A stretch of DNA of 63,806 nt, counting the filler, from Scyliorhinus canicula (Eukaryota): the NCBI RefSeq assembly GCF_902713615.1. It is 4 parts of 3 records of this genome, joined end to end, with 100 filler letters (N's around TTAATTAATTAA, not from the genome) between each part and the next. Parts side by side here need not be neighbours in the genome. Positions count along the whole stretch, not along the records: positions 58,902 to 63,806 come from NC_052158.1; 3 more parts are not named here. The stretch is one strand, 5' to 3'. The translations under genes were made by a program, and so were the position numbers. The notes beneath the pieces were generated by a model. That model was not told where the DNA came from. It did no database searches and was given only the letters and a program-made list of their open reading frames with translations. Shown here piece by piece: positions 60,300 through 63,806 of the stretch. Every line of letters begins with the position of its first letter. Positions within the stretch are counted from its first letter, which is position 1.

Positions 60300-62110
60300 C
60301 ACCGGTAAATAATGCCAGAAATTACAAAAAATATAAAAAGACAGTTAAAGGCATTGAATCTGAATGCACACAACATTCATAACAAAAAGGATGAATTGTT
60401 AGCACAGAGATAGATATGTATGATCTAATCAACATAACGGAAATCTGGTTGAAAGTTGGCCAAGGTGGGACATCAATGTTGAAGGGTATTTGATATATTG
60501 AAATGACATGAAACTTGGAAACGGTAGTGAGATAGCTCTGTTAACGACGCCATTCATATAGTAGTGAGAGGTGAACTTAGCTCAAAAGGGGACGGTGAAT
60601 CAGGTTGGGTGGAGATAAGAAACAGGAAAAGTCAGAAGTCACTTGTAAAAATTGATTATTGGCCCCCTCACAAAAGTCACACTATAGGACAGAGTATTCA
60701 AGAAGAAAGAATTGGGCCATGTAAAAAGGTACTGCAATATTCATGGGAGACTCTAACATTCATGTAGTTTGGGGGAAATCAGATTGGCAAAGGTAGCCTG
60801 GAGAATAAGTTCACAGTGTATTCGGGACAATCTTTTAGCTGGCTCTAGCATGTACTGCTCTAAAGAGCAAGATACCATAGACCTGGTAATGTGCAATGAG
60901 ACAGGATTAATCAATGATGTCTTTAGTGAAGGATTCTCCAAGTGGCAGTGATCTTAAACATAATAAAACTTCATGTTCAGTTTGAAGGTGAGAAATGTGG
61001 TCGTTTTTAAACTTAAAAAGGCAATTAAAATGATATAAAGGTAAATGAAATGGCAGAAACATTGCACAGGTCTTGTGTCTGTCTTTACTACAGAAGACTT
61101 TGAAAACTTCCTAAAGATATTTGAAAATCAAGAGGGCAAAAGCAAGGAGGAATCTAAAATAATCACCGTCTCCAGGGAAAGGGTACTGAAAAAACTATTC
61201 GACCTAAAGGCTAACTAGTCTGCAGGACCAAATGGTTTGCAACCTATGTTATTAAAAGGAGGGGCTGCAGAAATAGTATATGGATTGGTAATAATTGTTC
61301 AAAATTCCTTAAATCCAGGAAAGGTGCCACTGAAAAGCAAATATATTCAGGAAAGGAGGGAGAAGCAGGAATCTATATGCCCATTAGCCAAGCAACTGTC
61401 ATTGGGAAATTGCTGGAATCCATTATTAAGAAGGTTAAAATCGGATTCTCAGAAAATCTTAATGGAATCAGACACCATCAACATGCTTTTATGAAAGGGA
61501 AATTGTGTTTAACTGAGTTGTTAAAGTTCTTTGAGGAATTAACAAGCAAGGTGGATAAAGGGGAACCTGTAAATGCTTGGATTACTAAGTGTCACATCAA
61601 AGGTTGCTGCACAAAATAAGATTTCATTGTGTGGAGGGTAATATTAGCATGGCTAGAGGAAGCAAACAGTAGGGATAAATGTGTAATTTCCAGGTTGGCA
61701 AGCTGTAACTAGTGGAGTGCTATGGGGTTCAGTGTTGGGTTACAACTATTTAGAATCTACAGCAATTACTTGGATAAAGGGACTGAGTGTGTGCTCACTA
61801 AAGTTTGTCAATGAATGACACCAAGTAAGTTCTGAAGATGACCTAGAGAGTGATGAAGTTCTCAAGATGAGGCAGAGAGTCTGCAAACTGATATAAGACG
61901 GTTAAATGGTGGGTAAATATTTGGCAGATGGAGGATAATGTGGGAAAATGTCAACTTGCCCACTTTGGCAGGACAAAACACAAAGCTGTTGAAATGGAGA
62001 GAGATTGCAGAACTCAGTGGTACAGAGGGATCTGGGTGCCGTGGTACAGGAATCACAAAAGATTAGTTTGCAGGTACAGCAAGTGATGTGGAAGGTCAAA
62101 GTATTGATAT
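60300..62110 (+). mobile_element. Old CR1 LINE relic (EN and RT fragments)
   Basis: GESGWVEIRNRKSQKSLV..YWPP (EN); HQHAFMKGKLCLTELLKFFEELTSKVDKGEPV (RT); VVQRDLGAVVQESQK. Confidence 0.82.
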
Positions 62111-62244
62111 TTATTGTGAGGGGAATTTTTAAAAAAATTTGTTCATGGGACGTGGGTGTCGCAGGCTCAGTCAGCATTTGTTGCCCATCCCTAATTTCCC
62201 TTGAGACAGGATGTGGAGATGCCAGCATTGGACTGAGGTGGGCA

Positions 62245-62415
62245 CAGTAAGAAGTCTTAAACACCAGGTTAAAGTCCAACAGGTTTATTTGGAATCACTA
62301 GCTTTCGGAGCACAGCTCAACTGATGAAGGAGCTACGCAGCTACGCTCCAAAAGCGAGTGATTCTACAGAAACCTGTCGGACTTTAACCTGGTGTTGTAA
62401 GACTTCTTACTGTAA
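62245..62415. mobile_element. Family B fold-back element
   Basis: CACAGTAAGAAGTCTTAAACACCAGGTTAAAGTCC ... GGACTTTAACCTGGTGTTGTAAGACTTCTTACTGT. Confidence 0.75.
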
Positions 62416-63223
62416 CCTTGAGAGGGCAGTTAAGAGTCAAACATGTTACTGTGTGTCTAGAGTCACATATAGTCTAGTACAGGCAAGGATGGCAGATTTC
62501 CTTCCCTGAGGGACATCAGTGAACCAGATGGGTTTTTACAACAATTGACAAAGACTTTTAAATCGTAGTGGCAGGATTTTCGTAGTGGCAGGATTTGAAC
62601 CTGGGTCCCCAGAGCATTACTCTAGATCTCTGGTTTACTAGTCCAGTGACAATACCACTATGTCACTGCCTCCCCATAAGGAATGAAATATAAAAGTTGG
62701 ATGTTTGACTGCAGCTGTACAGGGCCTTGGTGTAACCACATCTGGGATACAGGTTTTGGTCTCCCTGTTTCAAAAAGGGTATAATTGTATTTAAAGCAGT
62801 TCAGAGAAAGATCAATATACTCATTCCTGGGTGAAGAGCTTATCCTCTGAAGAAAGATTGGCCCACTGTAGTTTAGAAGAATGAAAGGTAATCTTATTGA
62901 AATATATAAGATACTGAGGGGACTTTGGTGAGGTCGATTATAGCGAGGATTTCATAGAAGAATGCAGAAGGAGGCCATTCAGCCCATCGAGTTTCTGCAG
63001 GTAGTGCTGTTACTGTGGCCATACTAATAGTGTGTATAAATTTATCATCTTTTTTGGATCTTTGCGTGTGTGTCTGTGACACTTTTTGAATGTAGAACAA
63101 GCTTTATTGATAATAGTGACCACTGAGTATTCAAATTGTTGATGCACCTGACGGGTGAGCCAAAATCTCCAGTATTGTGTGTTCACCTTGTGTTTCACTG
63201 TGAAATTCTCATTCCTTTTACAG

Positions 63224-63369
63224 AAGCTGAAGTTCCTGAGGAAACGTCTGGTCCCGGGACAGTGATCTGTGCTCTGGGACTCACCCTGGGAATCATCAGT
63301 GCTGTTGTAGGGATCATCCTACTGATCAAAGAGAGACAGAGGCAGCAAGCTCAGCAACACGGCATCTAG
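63224..63369 (+). CDS. DAA: MHC class II alpha chain, last coding exon (connecting peptide/TM/cytoplasmic)
   Basis: Acceptor ATTCCTTTTACAG; EAEVPEETSGPGTVICALGLTLGIISAVVGIILLIKERQRQQAQQHGI*; class II alpha TM signature (T)VxCALGL..G.....VG; donor GTAAGT 2 nt after the stop, as in class II alpha genes whose 3' UTR lies in a separate exon. Confidence 0.88.
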
Positions 63370-63806
63370 GGGTAAGTACAGGATACATAATCAGTGTGTA
63401 TTATTAACATTCCCGAAAGTGAGTTTCAGCCAAGGTCCCTTCTCCTTATTGCTGAACCCCTGCAACAATCTAAACAGATATGGACAGGATTGGGCTTGGC
63501 TGTTTTACTCTGTCAACACTTACACAGGAAGAACCCTCACTTAGATAAGGTGCAGGATGCGATCCGTCAGTAGCTCGTAGCTTCAGGAAGAGAGACACTC
63601 GCACCATCAGCCATTACTTTGCAGTTACGTCATAAGACTGCAATAAAACAACTAGCTTTAAAACCTTTCAGGCCATTCTGGTGAGCACATTCATTGACAG
63701 TGTTACTAACCATCTATTGGCCCTTCAGTCCACTCATATTTTATATTCTACATCTTATGGATGTACCCTCAGAAAAAGGGTAATTTTACATATGGGTTGT
63801 ACATAG

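Overview
Cartilaginous-fish (shark-type) genomic DNA from an adaptive-immunity region, built from five sequence blocks separated by N gaps. Three of the gaps are artificial 100-bp linkers (44 N + TTAATTAATTAA + 44 N), so adjacency across them is not shown by the sequence itself. Blocks 1-2 (1-18.6 kb) are nested retroelements: a full-length L1-clade LINE with a 17-bp TSD inside a CR1, HE1-type SINEs, and a near-intact CR1 ORF2. Block 3 (18.7-36.6 kb) holds five T-cell receptor alpha/delta-type V segments in mixed orientation: one intact, one open-frame but lacking Cys23/Trp41, and three pseudogenes, most with recognisable 22/23-bp-spacer RSSs. Block 4 (36.7-58.8 kb) holds a complete, splice-intact IgM heavy-chain constant gene (Cmu1-4, secretory tail, TM1, TM2) with no V/D/J in the 12.9 kb upstream. 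That upstream intron contains the main finding: a ~3.5 kb purine/G-rich tandem array (39-bp unit containing GAGCTGGGG) ending ~0.7 kb before Cmu1. In position, strand bias and motif it resembles a tetrapod switch (S-mu) region, which sharks are not thought to have; an oppositely skewed C-rich 38-bp array precedes it. Block 5 (58.9-63.8 kb) ends with the connecting-peptide/TM/cytoplasmic exon of an MHC class II alpha gene. Long ORFs at 32-33 kb, 38-39 kb and 45-49 kb are repeat artefacts.
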